The translations under genes and the position numbers were made by a program. A DNA stretch of 64,000 nucleotides, from contig CM059438.1 in assembly GCA_030390025.1 (NCBI GenBank), positions 60,762,001 through 60,826,000 of the forward strand. Direction: 5' to 3'. Under the pieces are notes generated by a model. The model had not been told where the DNA came from and did not search any database. It saw only the letters and a program-made list of their open reading frames with translations. The stretch comes from Squalus acanthias. Lineage: Eukaryota. Shown here in pieces: positions 13,637 to 24,500 of this stretch (the stretch's first letter is position 1; every line of letters starts with the position of its first letter).

Positions 13637-16600
13637 TGTCGTAAGAATGAGCCTTACGCGTGGTAAACTTAATGTAAGCTTTAATCAACTTAAAACGGTG
13701 CTGCATACAAAAGAGGTCTTACCCTATGCCTCTTCCAGAGCTAACTGATCAGTCCAGTATTTATCCTGGACTGATTACAGGAAGTGATGTCATACAGGAA
13801 GCTGAAAAGTGTTACCACATTCTCCCCCCCCAAAAGATTAGGAGGCCGGAATGCTCCCTCCATTTCGTAGCCGTTGGATGAGGGAGAGCCGCACCCGTTT
13901 GGGTTCTCGTAGCGGTAGAGGGCCCCTAGCCCGTTTACCCGCTGCGGGCCATGGACCAGAGTCCGAGTGCTCCAGCCCGCTCTGTGAGGGGTCAGAACGA
14001 TCCTGACCGTGTACTGGTACCCGAATGGGTGTCGGGCAGGGCTGTGGCAGATCCGTTTCTGAGCGTACGGTACAGGGTTGATCGTGGCTGCGCGTGCGAG
14101 CCCCGACGGGCTCATAGTCAGTCTGCCCCAGGTCGGCACGCTGGAGTGAGGTACCAGCCGGCGTTAGATCCCGATCATGATGAGAGGCACCTGGCAAGCC
14201 CAGAGATGTGCCTGGTACAATATCATCCCCTGGTGTCCCTCTATGTTTCGGCGGGCAGGGAGCCAGATCCCGCAATGACACGGTAGATTCCCGACCGTCA
14301 GGATACCGAATATAGGCGTAGGTAGGGTTGACGTCAGTGAGCTCAACCTCATCTACCAGGGGGTCATTCTTAGACGCCCGGACATATCTTCGGAGTAGCA
14401 CTGGTCCCGGTGTAGTCAGCCACGACGGGAGAGATGTCCCATAGGATGAGCGACGCTGAAATCGGAAGAACCGTTCATGAGGCGTCGTATTTGTGGCGGT
14501 CGAAAGGAGGGACCGTGTGGAGTGTAATGCGTCTGGAAGTACTGCTTCCCATTGCTGGTTGGGTAGGCCCCGAGATCTCAAAGCCAGACGTACCGCATTC
14601 CAGATGATAGCGTTAAAACGCTCGACTTGCCCATTCCCAACCGGATGATAAGGCGTCGTTTTGCTGGCAGCAATACCCCGTTCCGAGAGATAGGCCTTGA
14701 GTTCTCCCGACATAAAAGAAGGGCCCCGATCTGAATGAACATAGGATGCCATGCCACAGAAAGCAAATACCTGTTCAAGGCAGCTGATAACCGTGGTTGT
14801 CAGCATATTGGGGCAGGGAAAGGCAAACGGAAAACGAGAATACTCATCAACCATTGTTAATAGATAAGTGTTGCGAGTCGAAGAGGGCAACGGCCCCTTA
14901 AAATCGATGCTAAGCCTTTGCATTGGCTGGGTCGCATGTATGAGTATACCACCCGAGGGGCGGAAAAACCGAGGTTTCAATTCCGCACAGACTCTGCAGT
15001 CCGAGCACATCTTCTTTACATCCCCGGTAGAGAATGGGAGATTTCGGGACCGCACGAAGTGCAGCATGCGAGTAACGCCTGGATGACACAACCCATCATG
15101 GATGTCTACGAGCGTAGAGGGTGCCATGGCGGAGCAGAATGCTCGTGTGAGGGTATCCGGAGCCACATTCTCCTTGCCAGGTCGATAGTGGATGGTGTAA
15201 CCAAAAGAGGCCAATTCCAGCCGCCAAAGCTGGATTTTATTATTTTTAATTTTGGTCCGTTTTCGATTATCGAGCATGAAGGCGACCGATCGCTGGTCCG
15301 TGATTAAGGTAAAGTGCTGGCGAGCCAGGAGATGACTCCACTTCCGTACTGCCTCTATGATGGCTGTAGCTTCTTTCTCGACTGGAGGATAATGTAGCTC
15401 AGCCCCTTGAAAAGTCCTGGACAAAAATGCCACCGGACGACCTTCCTGATTCAGAGTGGCTGAGATTGCCACCTCCGAGGCATCACACTCAACCACGAAA
15501 GGAAGACTCTCATCAATGGAGTGAAGAGCCGCTTTCTCCAACTGCTTTTTCAGGAGGTTAAAGGCTGCAACAGCCGTTGTGTCTAGTGGGAATGTGCTGG
15601 CCTTCAGTAGAGGTTGGATTCGGTCCGAGAAGTTAGGAATCCATTTCGCATAGTATGCAAACAGGCCGAGGGCCCGGCGCAAGGAGGCCGGATTCTTAGG
15701 TGGCGGGAGTTCTTGGAGTGGGCGAAGCCTTTCAGGGTCAGGTTTAATGATGCCATTGCCCACACAATAGCCAAGGATGTTGATAGTTGGTTGTGACTCA
15801 ATGGATTTAGCCGCATTCAATGTCAAATTACGGTGCTGGAGTGCATCCCAAAATCGTTGGAGATTGGCGTCATGTTCCTGCTGATTGCGACCTGCGACAG
15901 TAATATTGTCCAGATAAGGAAACGTATCCTTCAAGTCTTCCTGTTTGACCAGGTCATCCATTGCTCGCTGGAAGACAGCCACTCCATTAGTGACCCCAAA
16001 GGGGAGGCGACGAAATTGATACAGCCGCCCATTGGCTTCAAAGGCTGTATACTGCTTGTCTGAGACCTTCAAGGGTACCTGATGATAGGCGCTTTTCAGA
16101 TCATAAGTCGAGAACACCGTGTACTCAGCCAATTTATTAACCATATCATCGATGCGCGGCAATGGGTATGCGTCCAAGTCCGTATACTGATTGATGGTCT
16201 GTGAATAGTCAATGCACAGCCGTTTCTTGTGAGGTTGTAGAGGGTTCTTAACAATAACGACCTGGGCGCGCCATGGCGACGAACAAGGCTCGATGATATC
16301 CTCTGCTAAAAGCCGAGAAATCTCAGCCGCAATAAAAGACTGGTCTTCCTGACTGAAACGGCGTGACTTTGTTATAATCGGTTTGCATCGAGGAGGGATA
16401 CTGGCAAACAGTGAGGGTTCATCCAGTGAAGCTGCTGACAAGGTACAGAACGGTAATCGAGGTCGTATATTAGAAATAGTGAGTTCAGGTTTGGATCCGC
16501 CGAACTCAATGGTAAGCTTCTTATGCTGCTTTTGAAAATCCAGCCCTAAGATAAGATCACTACATAAGTCCTTGAGCACCGAAAGCCGGGTGGAGGGATA

Positions 16601-18056
16601 CCTGTGACCTTTAAGCATTATTTCAACTACACAGAAGCCAGAAATTCTGGTATTAAGTGATGACTGAGCCATCGCAACTGCCTGGTCCGATGGAAAAACA
16701 TGTAGCTTTAACTGTGCAACAGTCTGTTCCCTAATGAAACTATCAGTGCTACCTGAGTCAATTAAGGCATCTAAAGTATGTCCCTTAATTGATGCTTTTG
16801 TAGCTGCATGGAATAGATTCTGAGGACAAGCAGCTGTAATTGGTGTCGTTGCACAAAGAGTGGCTGAAATTCTAGGTGTGTTTCTTCGAGAAAAAACCCG
16901 AGAGGAAGCACGATAGTTTTTAGTTGGAACATCCTGATAGGCCCTTACTGGGGCAGTTCGGTAGGACTTAGCTTGATAAGCCCTCGTAGAGGCTCTTGAT
17001 AGGCAAACCTTTACAAAATGACCCTTTTTGTTGCAATGACTGCAAAACGCATTGCGAGCAGGGCAGAATCTCCGAGGGTGAAACTCATCCCCACAAAAAA
17101 AGCATTTCTTAGATTGCCAAGAGGCTGCCACAGTGGGGTCATCATCCTCTTCATCGGTGAAGTCATCAGATCGATCGTCAGGGATAAAGTCCTCCCTAAT
17201 AGAGTTCACCTGTGGCCTCTTAAATTGCCTGACTGTAGTTAAGGCAGCAGACCGAGGTCTGGGCACTGTAAAAAGGTCTGCATTTCGTTTTGCTAGATCT
17301 AGAGAGCAAGCCAGGTCATAAGCTCTCTGCAGCTCAAGTGTCTTACTTTCCAGTAGACGCTGGCGTATAAATGGGGAGGCAAGCCCGCAGATGAACGCAT
17401 CACGGATCATTTCTTCGCGGTATAGCTCAGCTGAGGCTGCCCGAAAGTTACAGTCCATACTAAGTCTGCGAAGCTCTTGGAGGAATTTATCAATGGATTC
17501 CTCCGGCCCTTGTTGGGCTGTAGCTAGTAGATGTCTAGCATAGACCTCATTCGGTGTCTTAGTATATAGTCTCTTAAGCGTCTGAATTGCCTCCTCATAA
17601 CTGTCCCAGTCTTCCACATACTGAAATACATTCGGGGTGACACAGTTGATGAGTATCCGCAACTTTGAGTTATCATCCGCTTTGCAATACTCAAGAAAAT
17701 TCTCAAACGTGCGATACCAGTGTTTCCACACCTTACCGGCTGCTGGGGTGTTTGGGTCCAAGTCAAGACGCGATGGTTTAAGGATGTTTTCCATGATGGG
17801 TGATTCCCTGGATCCTTAGCTCCGAGTTCGTCCAAAAAGTTTGAGTGCGAAGTTTTTCAAAAGTTGATTAAATTGTCGTAAGAATGAGCCTTACGCGTGG
17901 TAAACTTAATGTAAGCTTTAATCAACTTAAAACGGTGCTGCATACAAAAGAGGTCTTACCCTATGCCTCTTCCAGAGCTAACTGATCAGTCCAGTATTTA
18001 TCCTGGACTGATTACAGGAAGTGATGTCATACAGGAAGCTGAAAAGTGTTACCACA
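13637..18056 (-). mobile_element. Intact Ty3/Gypsy LTR retrotransposon
   Basis: Identical 183-bp TG..CA LTRs (13637-13819, 17874-18056), 5-bp TSD AGCAG, polypurine tract at ~13820-13832, single uninterrupted ORF. Confidence 0.98.
13838..17794 (-). CDS. Gag-Pol polyprotein (Gag with zinc knuckles, protease, RT, RNase H, integrase), 1318 aa
   Basis: CSHCNKKGHFVKVC, LIDSGS, DLKSAYHQ, LPFG, YLDN, CDAS, TDQRS, HPG..CSDCRVC, IDFKGP, SDRG, NGQVER. Confidence 0.95.
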   Translation of the reverse strand: MENILKPSRLDLDPNTPAAGKVWKHWYRTFENFLEYCKADDNSKLRILINCVTPNVFQYVEDWDSYEEAIQTLKRLYTKTPNEVYARHLLATAQQGPEESIDKFLQELRRLSMDCNFRAASAELYREEMIRDAFICGLASPFIRQRLLESKTLELQRAYDLACSLDLAKRNADLFTVPRPRSAALTTVRQFKRPQVNSIREDFIPDDRSDDFTDEEDDDPTVAASWQSKKCFFCGDEFHPRRFCPARNAFCSHCNKKGHFVKVCLSRASTRAYQAKSYRTAPVRAYQDVPTKNYRASSRVFSRRNTPRISATLCATTPITAACPQNLFHAATKASIKGHTLDALIDSGSTDSFIREQTVAQLKLHVFPSDQAVAMAQSSLNTRISGFCVVEIMLKGHRYPSTRLSVLKDLCSDLILGLDFQKQHKKLTIEFGGSKPELTISNIRPRLPFCTLSAASLDEPSLFASIPPRCKPIITKSRRFSQEDQSFIAAEISRLLAEDIIEPCSSPWRAQVVIVKNPLQPHKKRLCIDYSQTINQYTDLDAYPLPRIDDMVNKLAEYTVFSTYDLKSAYHQVPLKVSDKQYTAFEANGRLYQFRRLPFGVTNGVAVFQRAMDDLVKQEDLKDTFPYLDNITVAGRNQQEHDANLQRFWDALQHRNLTLNAAKSIESQPTINILGYCVGNGIIKPDPERLRPLQELPPPKNPASLRRALGLFAYYAKWIPNFSDRIQPLLKASTFPLDTTAVAAFNLLKKQLEKAALHSIDESLPFVVECDASEVAISATLNQEGRPVAFLSRTFQGAELHYPPVEKEATAIIEAVRKWSHLLARQHFTLITDQRSVAFMLDNRKRTKIKNNKIQLWRLELASFGYTIHYRPGKENVAPDTLTRAFCSAMAPSTLVDIHDGLCHPGVTRMLHFVRSRNLPFSTGDVKKMCSDCRVCAELKPRFFRPSGGILIHATQPMQRLSIDFKGPLPSSTRNTYLLTMVDEYSRFPFAFPCPNMLTTTVISCLEQVFAFCGMASYVHSDRGPSFMSGELKAYLSERGIAASKTTPYHPVGNGQVERFNAIIWNAVRLALRSRGLPNQQWEAVLPDALHSTRSLLSTATNTTPHERFFRFQRRSSYGTSLPSWLTTPGPVLLRRYVRASKNDPLVDEVELTDVNPTYAYIRYPDGRESTVSLRDLAPCPPKHRGTPGDDIVPGTSLGLPGASHHDRDLTPAGTSLQRADLGQTDYEPVGARTRSHDQPCTVRSETDLPQPCPTPIRVPVHGQDRSDPSQSGLEHSDSGPWPAAGKRARGPLPLREPKRVRLSLIQRLRNGGSIPAS

Positions 18057-19687
18057 AGCAGCAAGAGAAATGTCAAGGCTCTAGAGTAGAGCAGAGTTTT
18101 GGGTAAAAATAAGCAGTGTGGGTCAGGAAAGGACAGAGAGAGTAACAAAGGTAATAGGGCATTAGTGACGAAGGTGATATCAGGGAAAAATAGAAATAAG
18201 TCAAAGCTAAAGGCACTATATCTGAATGCGCGAAGCATTTGCAACAAAATAGATGAATTAATATCTCAGATAGAAATAAATTGGTTTGATCTGATAGCCA
18301 TTACAGGGACGTGGTTGCAAAGTGACCAAGGTTGGGAACTAAATATTCTAGGATACTTAACTTTTAGAAGAGATAGGCAAAATGGAAAAGGAGGAGGGGT
18401 AGCCCTGATAATAAAGGATGGGATAAAGACAGTAAAGAGAAAGGAACTTAGCTCCGAAAATCAAGAAGTAGAATCAGTGTGGGTGGAACTAAGAAGCAGA
18501 AATATTGGTGGGAGTTGTTTATAGGCCTCCAAATAGTAGTTGTAATGTAGGGCAGAGTATAAATCGGGAAATTAGAGGCGCATGTAACAAGAGTAATACA
18601 GTAATCATGGGGGACTTTAATCTACATATCGACTGGGCAAACAAAATTTGCAGTAATAGTGTGGGGGATGAGTTCATGGAATGTATGCAAGATAGTTTTC
18701 TAGATCAGTATGTTGAGGAACCAAGTAGGGAACAAGCTATTTTAGATCTAGTATTGTGCAATGAGACAGGGTTAATTAATAACCTTGTAGTAAAGGGGCC
18801 TTTAGGGAAGAGTGACCACAATATGATTGAGTTTGAAAGTGATTTAGTTAAGACCGAAACTAAGGTCTTAAATCTAAACAAAGCAAACTGCGTAGGTATG
18901 AGGGGCGAGTTGGCTGAGGTAGATTGGGAAACTACATTAAAAGGTATGATGGTAGACAAGCAATGGCTAGCATTTAAAGAATTAATACATAATTTACAAC
19001 AAATATACATTCCTTTAAGGCACAAAAACCAGACAGGAAAAGTGGTCCAACCCTGGCTAACAGGAGAAGTTAAAGATAGTACTAGATCAAAGGAAGAAGC
19101 TTATAATGTTGCCAAAAAGAGTAGTAAGCCTGAGGATTGGGAGGATTTTAGCATTTAGCAAAGGAGGACCAAGAAATTGATATGGAAAGAGAAAAAAGAA
19201 AATGAGAGTAAATTAGCGAGAGACATAAAAACAGATTGTAAACGTTTCTATAGGTATGTAAATAGGAAGAGATTAGTGAAAGTAAACATGGGCCCATTAG
19301 AGGCAGAGACAGGAGAAATTATGATGGACAATAAGGAAATGGCAGAGACATTAAACAAATACTTTGTATCTGTCTTCATGATAGAAGACACAAAAAACAT
19401 TTCAGAAATAATGGGGCACCAAGGGTCCAGAGAGAATGAGGAACTTAAAGAAATCAGTATAAGTAAAGACATAGTACTGGAGAAATTAATGGGACTAAGT
19501 GGCAACAAATCCCCTGGGCCTGACGACCTGCATCCTAGGATTTTAAAATCGTTAGCTGCAGAGATAGTGGATGCATTGGTATTAATCTTCCAGAATTCCC
19601 TAGATTTTAGAACAGTGCCCAAGGATTGGAAGGTAGCAAACATAACCCCGCTGGGAGTGAGGAGGCGGCAGCGGGACATCGAGCAGC

Positions 19688-19870
19688 ATGAGTCTGTTAA
19701 ACAAGCCCAAGAGTGAGATGACTCCCGAGGAGCTTCAGAAGCGAGTGGAGGAGGAATTTAGCACGGGGGCCCCTCTCTGTTCTGACACAGTCCGTCAAAA
19801 ATAACACGCAGGTCCTCATCAACTGCCGTAACAACAAGAAGCTGCTGGGCAGAGTCAAGGCCTTCGACAG
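19688..19870 (+). pseudogene. SNRPD2: Partial processed copy of snRNP core protein Sm D2 (residues ~1-61), one +1 frameshift
   Basis: Translates [27 protein letters not shown](extra G)[33 protein letters not shown], nearly identical to the vertebrate SmD2 N-terminus. A GC-rich 5'UTR-like leader starts at 19653. Confidence 0.93.
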
Positions 19871-20431
19871 GTCATCGCTTCGTGCTTACTCTGCTCCCTG
19901 TCCCTCCTTCCTTTCCACCCCCAAAAAAAACGTCACAGGAGGAGGATTCTCTCTGGGTATGTTTTACCACATGGGTTATATAAAAGTCTTTGTTATCACC
20001 GGAAAAACCAGGTGGGTTAGCATCGGCAGTCCTGTTCAAAATGCTGGCATCGCAAGGGCATTACTTCAACCGATTGCACATAAAGACATCTTTTCTTTCC
20101 CAGAGACTTTTGGCATTCTGTGCCAGATGAAAGAGTTCTATAATAGTTCCTGGTGTGACTTCCAAATTCCAAGTATTGAGCAGAGCAGGAAGATGGTGTT
20201 GCATTCTTCGTCTTGGCTGAGTTAGCTCATTGCCACAGGGGCAGTGGTAGAACTGGCTACAGGATTCCTGATTTAAGGAGGCTGGATCACCTAGAGTTCC
20301 CTATCTTGAATTGTATGCTGATGGACGGTGCGAATGTACTGGGTGAGACCAGGATTGGGATAACGCACGCACACGTATATACACACACTTCTTTGGACTC
20401 TGCTTGTGTGAGGTGTCGGTGGGATGCCAGT

Positions 20432-20566
20432 CAATGTTCCCTTTAATTTTTTAGGGGGGTGCACGGCCCATTCAAAATACCCCGCATGCGTGTTTTTTCC
20501 CCATTTAAGCCGGTGAGCCGGCTGCGCGGGAGCTCCAGAGCGCTGCGCAGGTTAAAGGAAACATAG
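20432..20566. mobile_element. hAT-type MITE
   Basis: TIRs CAATGTTCCCTTTAA / TTAAAGGAAACATAG; perfect 8-bp TSD ATGCCAGT. Confidence 0.85.
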
Positions 20567-21171
20567 ATGCCAGTGTCCATGGGGCCAGTCCCAGCCTGAA
20601 ACGGCACCTTGTGATGGCAGTTGGAGAGCCAGCAGAATGCTTCACAGCCATGTAATCTAGTGCCAATAGGCACTCGTCCGGTGGCTCACATATTGTCTGC
20701 GGATTTAGAAAAACCCCATCCAAATCTGGTCGAGTGATATTTCTTAAAACTAATGAATCTGTAGCAGTCATCCTTCCTGGTAATGTATTCACCTTGTGGT
20801 CTATCTGCTGTCATGAATTGTCTCACAATGGGCTTCACCCAAGAACTGGTGAATTCTGGTATGCAAATCATCTTGTGCTGGAAGCCTAGCCTGAGGGAAA
20901 ATATGAGCCCTGGTTCGTTAAGTCTAGAGAGGCAGCATCAAGATATCTTTGCTCGCTGGGTTCCAGCTTTAAGGAAGTGCAGCATTTTGCTTAGCAGACC
21001 ACGTGCTTAGCAGGTGAGAAACCTTGTTGGTTTGTAGCAGGGCGAGGGCGGCCTATTAGCTTGTCAAAATAGATTGAGTAGCTTCGGGTTCATCAATCAA
21101 TCCATTAAACATAATTTATATCGCTTTTTTTTAGTACACCTGGAGTGGTCGAACTGCGGTAGTTTATCATT

Positions 21172-21556
21172 TACCTCATTGAAACATAGATGATACTGTG
21201 GGGGCTTGACAGGGTAGATGCTGAGAGGTTGTTTCCCCTGGCTGGAGAGTCTAGAACTAGGGGGCATAGTCTCAGAATAAGGGGTCAGCCATTTAAGACT
21301 GAGACGAGGAGGAATTTCTTCACTCAGAGGGTTGTAAATCTTTGGAATTCTCTACCCCAAAGGACTGTGGATGCTCAGTCGTTGAGTATATTCAAGACTG
21401 AGATAGATAGATTTTTGGACTCCAGGGGAATCAGGGGATATGGGAATCAGGTGGGAAAGTGGAGTTGAGGTAGAAGATCAGCCATGATCTTATTGAATGG
21501 CGGAGCAGGCTCGAGGGGCCGTATGGCCTACTCCTGCTCTGAATTCTTATGTTCTT
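21172..21556 (+). mobile_element. CR1 3'-end fragment forming the end of the SNRPD2 chimeric insertion
   Basis: RNFFTQRVVNLWNSLP motif, 3'UTR and CTTATGTTCTT tail. The host CR1 resumes immediately after it (KKGGRDKSGNYRP). Confidence 0.88.
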
Positions 21557-24500
21557 AAGAAAGGAGGAAGAGACAAATCGGGAAACTATAGGCCAGTTAG
21601 CCTGACATCAGTAGTAGGCAAAATGCCAGAATCTATTATTAGGGACATGGTAACAGTGCACTTAGAAAATCGTTATATGATTAGGCAGAGTCAACATGGT
21701 TTTATGAAAGGGAAATTGTGTTTGACAAATCTGTTAGAGTTATTTGAAGATGTAACTAGTAGGATGGATAAGGGGGAACCAGTGGATGTAGTGTATTTGG
21801 ATTTTCAAAAAGCATTTGATAAGGAGCCACACAAGAGATTATTACACAAAATTAAGACTCATGGGATTGGGGGTAATATATTAGCATGGATTGAGATTGG
21901 TTAAAAGACAGAAAACAGAGAGTAGGAATAAACTGGACTTTTTCAGGTTGACAGGCTGTAACTAGTGGGACACCGCAAGGATCAGTGCTTGGGCCTCAGC
22001 TATTTACAATCTATATTAATGACTTAGATGAAGGGACTGAGTGTAACGTATCCAAGTTTGCTGATGATACAAAGTTAGGTGGGAAAGTGAGCTGTGAAGA
22101 GAACGCAAAGAGGCTGCAGAGAGATATAGACAGGTTGACTGAGTGGGCAAGAGTATGGCAAATGGAATACAATGTGGGGATGTGTGAAGTTATCCACTTT
22201 GGTTAGAAAAATAAAATAGTAGAATATTTCTTGAATGGTGAAAGACTGGGAAATGTTTCCATTCAGAGGGACCTGGGTGTCCTTGTACATGAATCACAGA
22301 AAGTTAACATGCAGGTACAGCAAGCAATTAAGAAAGCAAATGGTATGTTAGCTTTTGTTATAAAGGGATTAGAGTACAAGAGTAAAGAAGTCTTACTACA
22401 ATTATACAGGGCATTGGTGAAGCCACACCTGGAGTACTGTGTACAGTTCTGGTATCCTTACCTAAGGAAAGACATACTTGCCTTAGAGGCAGTGCAACAA
22501 AGGTTCACTAGACTGGTTCCTGGGTTGAGGGGATTGCCCTATGAGGAGAGATTGAGTAGACCAGGCCTATCTATATTCCCTAGAGTTTAGAAGAATGAGT
22601 GGTGATCTAATTGAAACATATAAAATTCTTAAGGGGCTTGACAGGGTTAATGCTGGGGAAATGTTTCCCCTCACTGGGGAATCTAGAACACAGGGTCAGT
22701 CACAGAGTAAGGGGTCGGCCATTTAGAACTGAGATGAGGAGAAATTTCTTCACTCAAAGGGTTGTGAATCTTTGGAATTTTCTACCCCAGAGAGCTGTGG
22801 AGGCTCAGTCGTTGAGTATATTCAAGACAGAGATCGATAAATTTTTGGGAACTAAGGGAATTAAGGGATATGGGGATAGTGCGGGAAGGTGGAGTTGAGG
22901 TAGAAGATCAGCCATGATCTTATTGAATGGCGGACCAGGCTCGAAGGGCCAAATGGCCTACTCCTGCTCCTATTTCTTATGTTCTTAAGAGAGCGAGCAG
23001 AGGAGATTTAATGGAATGGTACCAGGGATGCGGGACTTCAGTTACATGCAGAGACTAGAGAAGCTGGGGTTGTTCTCCTTAGAGTAGAGAAGGTTAAGAG
23101 GAGGTGTGATAGAGGTGTTCAAAATCATGAAGGGTTTTAATACAGTAAACACTGTTACCAGTAACTGTTCCAGAAACTGTTTCCATTATTCAATTTGTCC
23201 TGCCACCTTCGAAGATTCGTTGATATACATCCCTAGGTCTCTCTGTCCTTGAACCCCCTTTAAGATTGTACCATTTAATTCATATTGCCTCTTCTCATTC
23301 TTCCTTCCAAATTGCATCACTTCACATTTCTCTGCATGAAATTTCATCTGCCATGTATCTGCCCATTTCACCAGTATTAAATTTATTAAACAGTAATAGA
23401 ACAAGCAATTAAAAACAAGTTGATACATTAGCTGCTCATACGTAGTTGGAAAGAATAAATAGTTTGCAACTCTAATGCTAAAACTATGACAATAATTACC
23501 TTAAGTAGTTTTTAATTCTTTCCTCAGTTATCTGACTTATCTTATTTTCAGAGGTTCTAGCCATACAACCTCTTTTCAAAGACTCAAAACGCATTGATTT
23601 TAATTTTGCAGGCTGGTAAATACCTCGAAATGGTGACTGGAGTGGCTTGACTCCTCCCTCAAACAAACAAGCAACATACTGTTGCAACATTGTATCAAGT
23701 CAAGATGGCATCTGATTTTTTTTTGAATGAGCTGGTTTTTAACTCCTTGTGTACTGTGATAAAATTAAAGAAGCCAATACCAAACACAGCCCTCCCACAA
23801 CCAGTGGGCACCACAGGGAATAGAGTGTCTAATAGACACTGTTAATAACATCATGATTTAGTTGTTAAGGTTCCTTTTGGTTTTGTTGGATCGGACGCTG
23901 TTGCTTTATTTTAAGCATCTTTAGTTTGATTGGACCACATGTTTGTTTATTATATTAGTGGTGCTCTTAAAAGGTCACTTGTGGTGCTGACTCCTGTCAG
24001 GTGACATTGGGGAGACTCAGTGCCACTCCTATTGCTCCAGTTAAAATTGGCCCAACAGCCCTGGTCCAAATCCAGAAAAAGGACAGATTAGGGGTAGGAT
24101 CATGGCTTGAGCTCTGTTTTCTTTGATGCTGATGAAAATCATTGGAAAACATTAACAACACATGTTTCCACACCAGGAGAGAACGGTAAAACTGAATCTT
24201 TATTTTAACAAGACGTTTGGTGTCCAGTTTACAATTAGAAATGTCAAAATCTGGGCAAGCTGATCCAAATCCGGTCAGTTGAGATCAGCTCCCTCAGTGC
24301 AAACGTCAGGCTAGGTGGTGTCAGCCATGGCTCAGTGAGTAGCACTCTTGCCTCTGAGTCAGAAGGCTGTGGGTTCAATCCCGCTCCAAAGACTGGAGGA
24401 CAAAGTCTGGCCTCTGACACTCCAGTGCAATACTGAGGGAGAGCCGCAGACAGTAGTCCTGAGGTTGCGATAGGTGCTTAAATAATCCTTTCTTTCTTTC

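Larger units (their letters stand above)
12483..22988 (+). mobile_element. Near-full-length CR1 LINE (ORF1 zinc finger/SGNH esterase + ORF2 EN-RT), interrupted by two insertions
   Basis: ORF1: CRNC..CSKC, VVVGDSIVRG, VVVHVGTNDIG. ORF2: LYLNARSI, IMGDFN, FADDTK. Tail TTCTTATGTTCTTA at ~22975. The older CR1 it interrupts resumes at 22989. Confidence 0.9.

Noticed and set aside
19688..19870. Functional SNRPD2 gene
   Set aside because: Frameshifted, lacks the C-terminal half, has no promoter, and sits inside a CR1.
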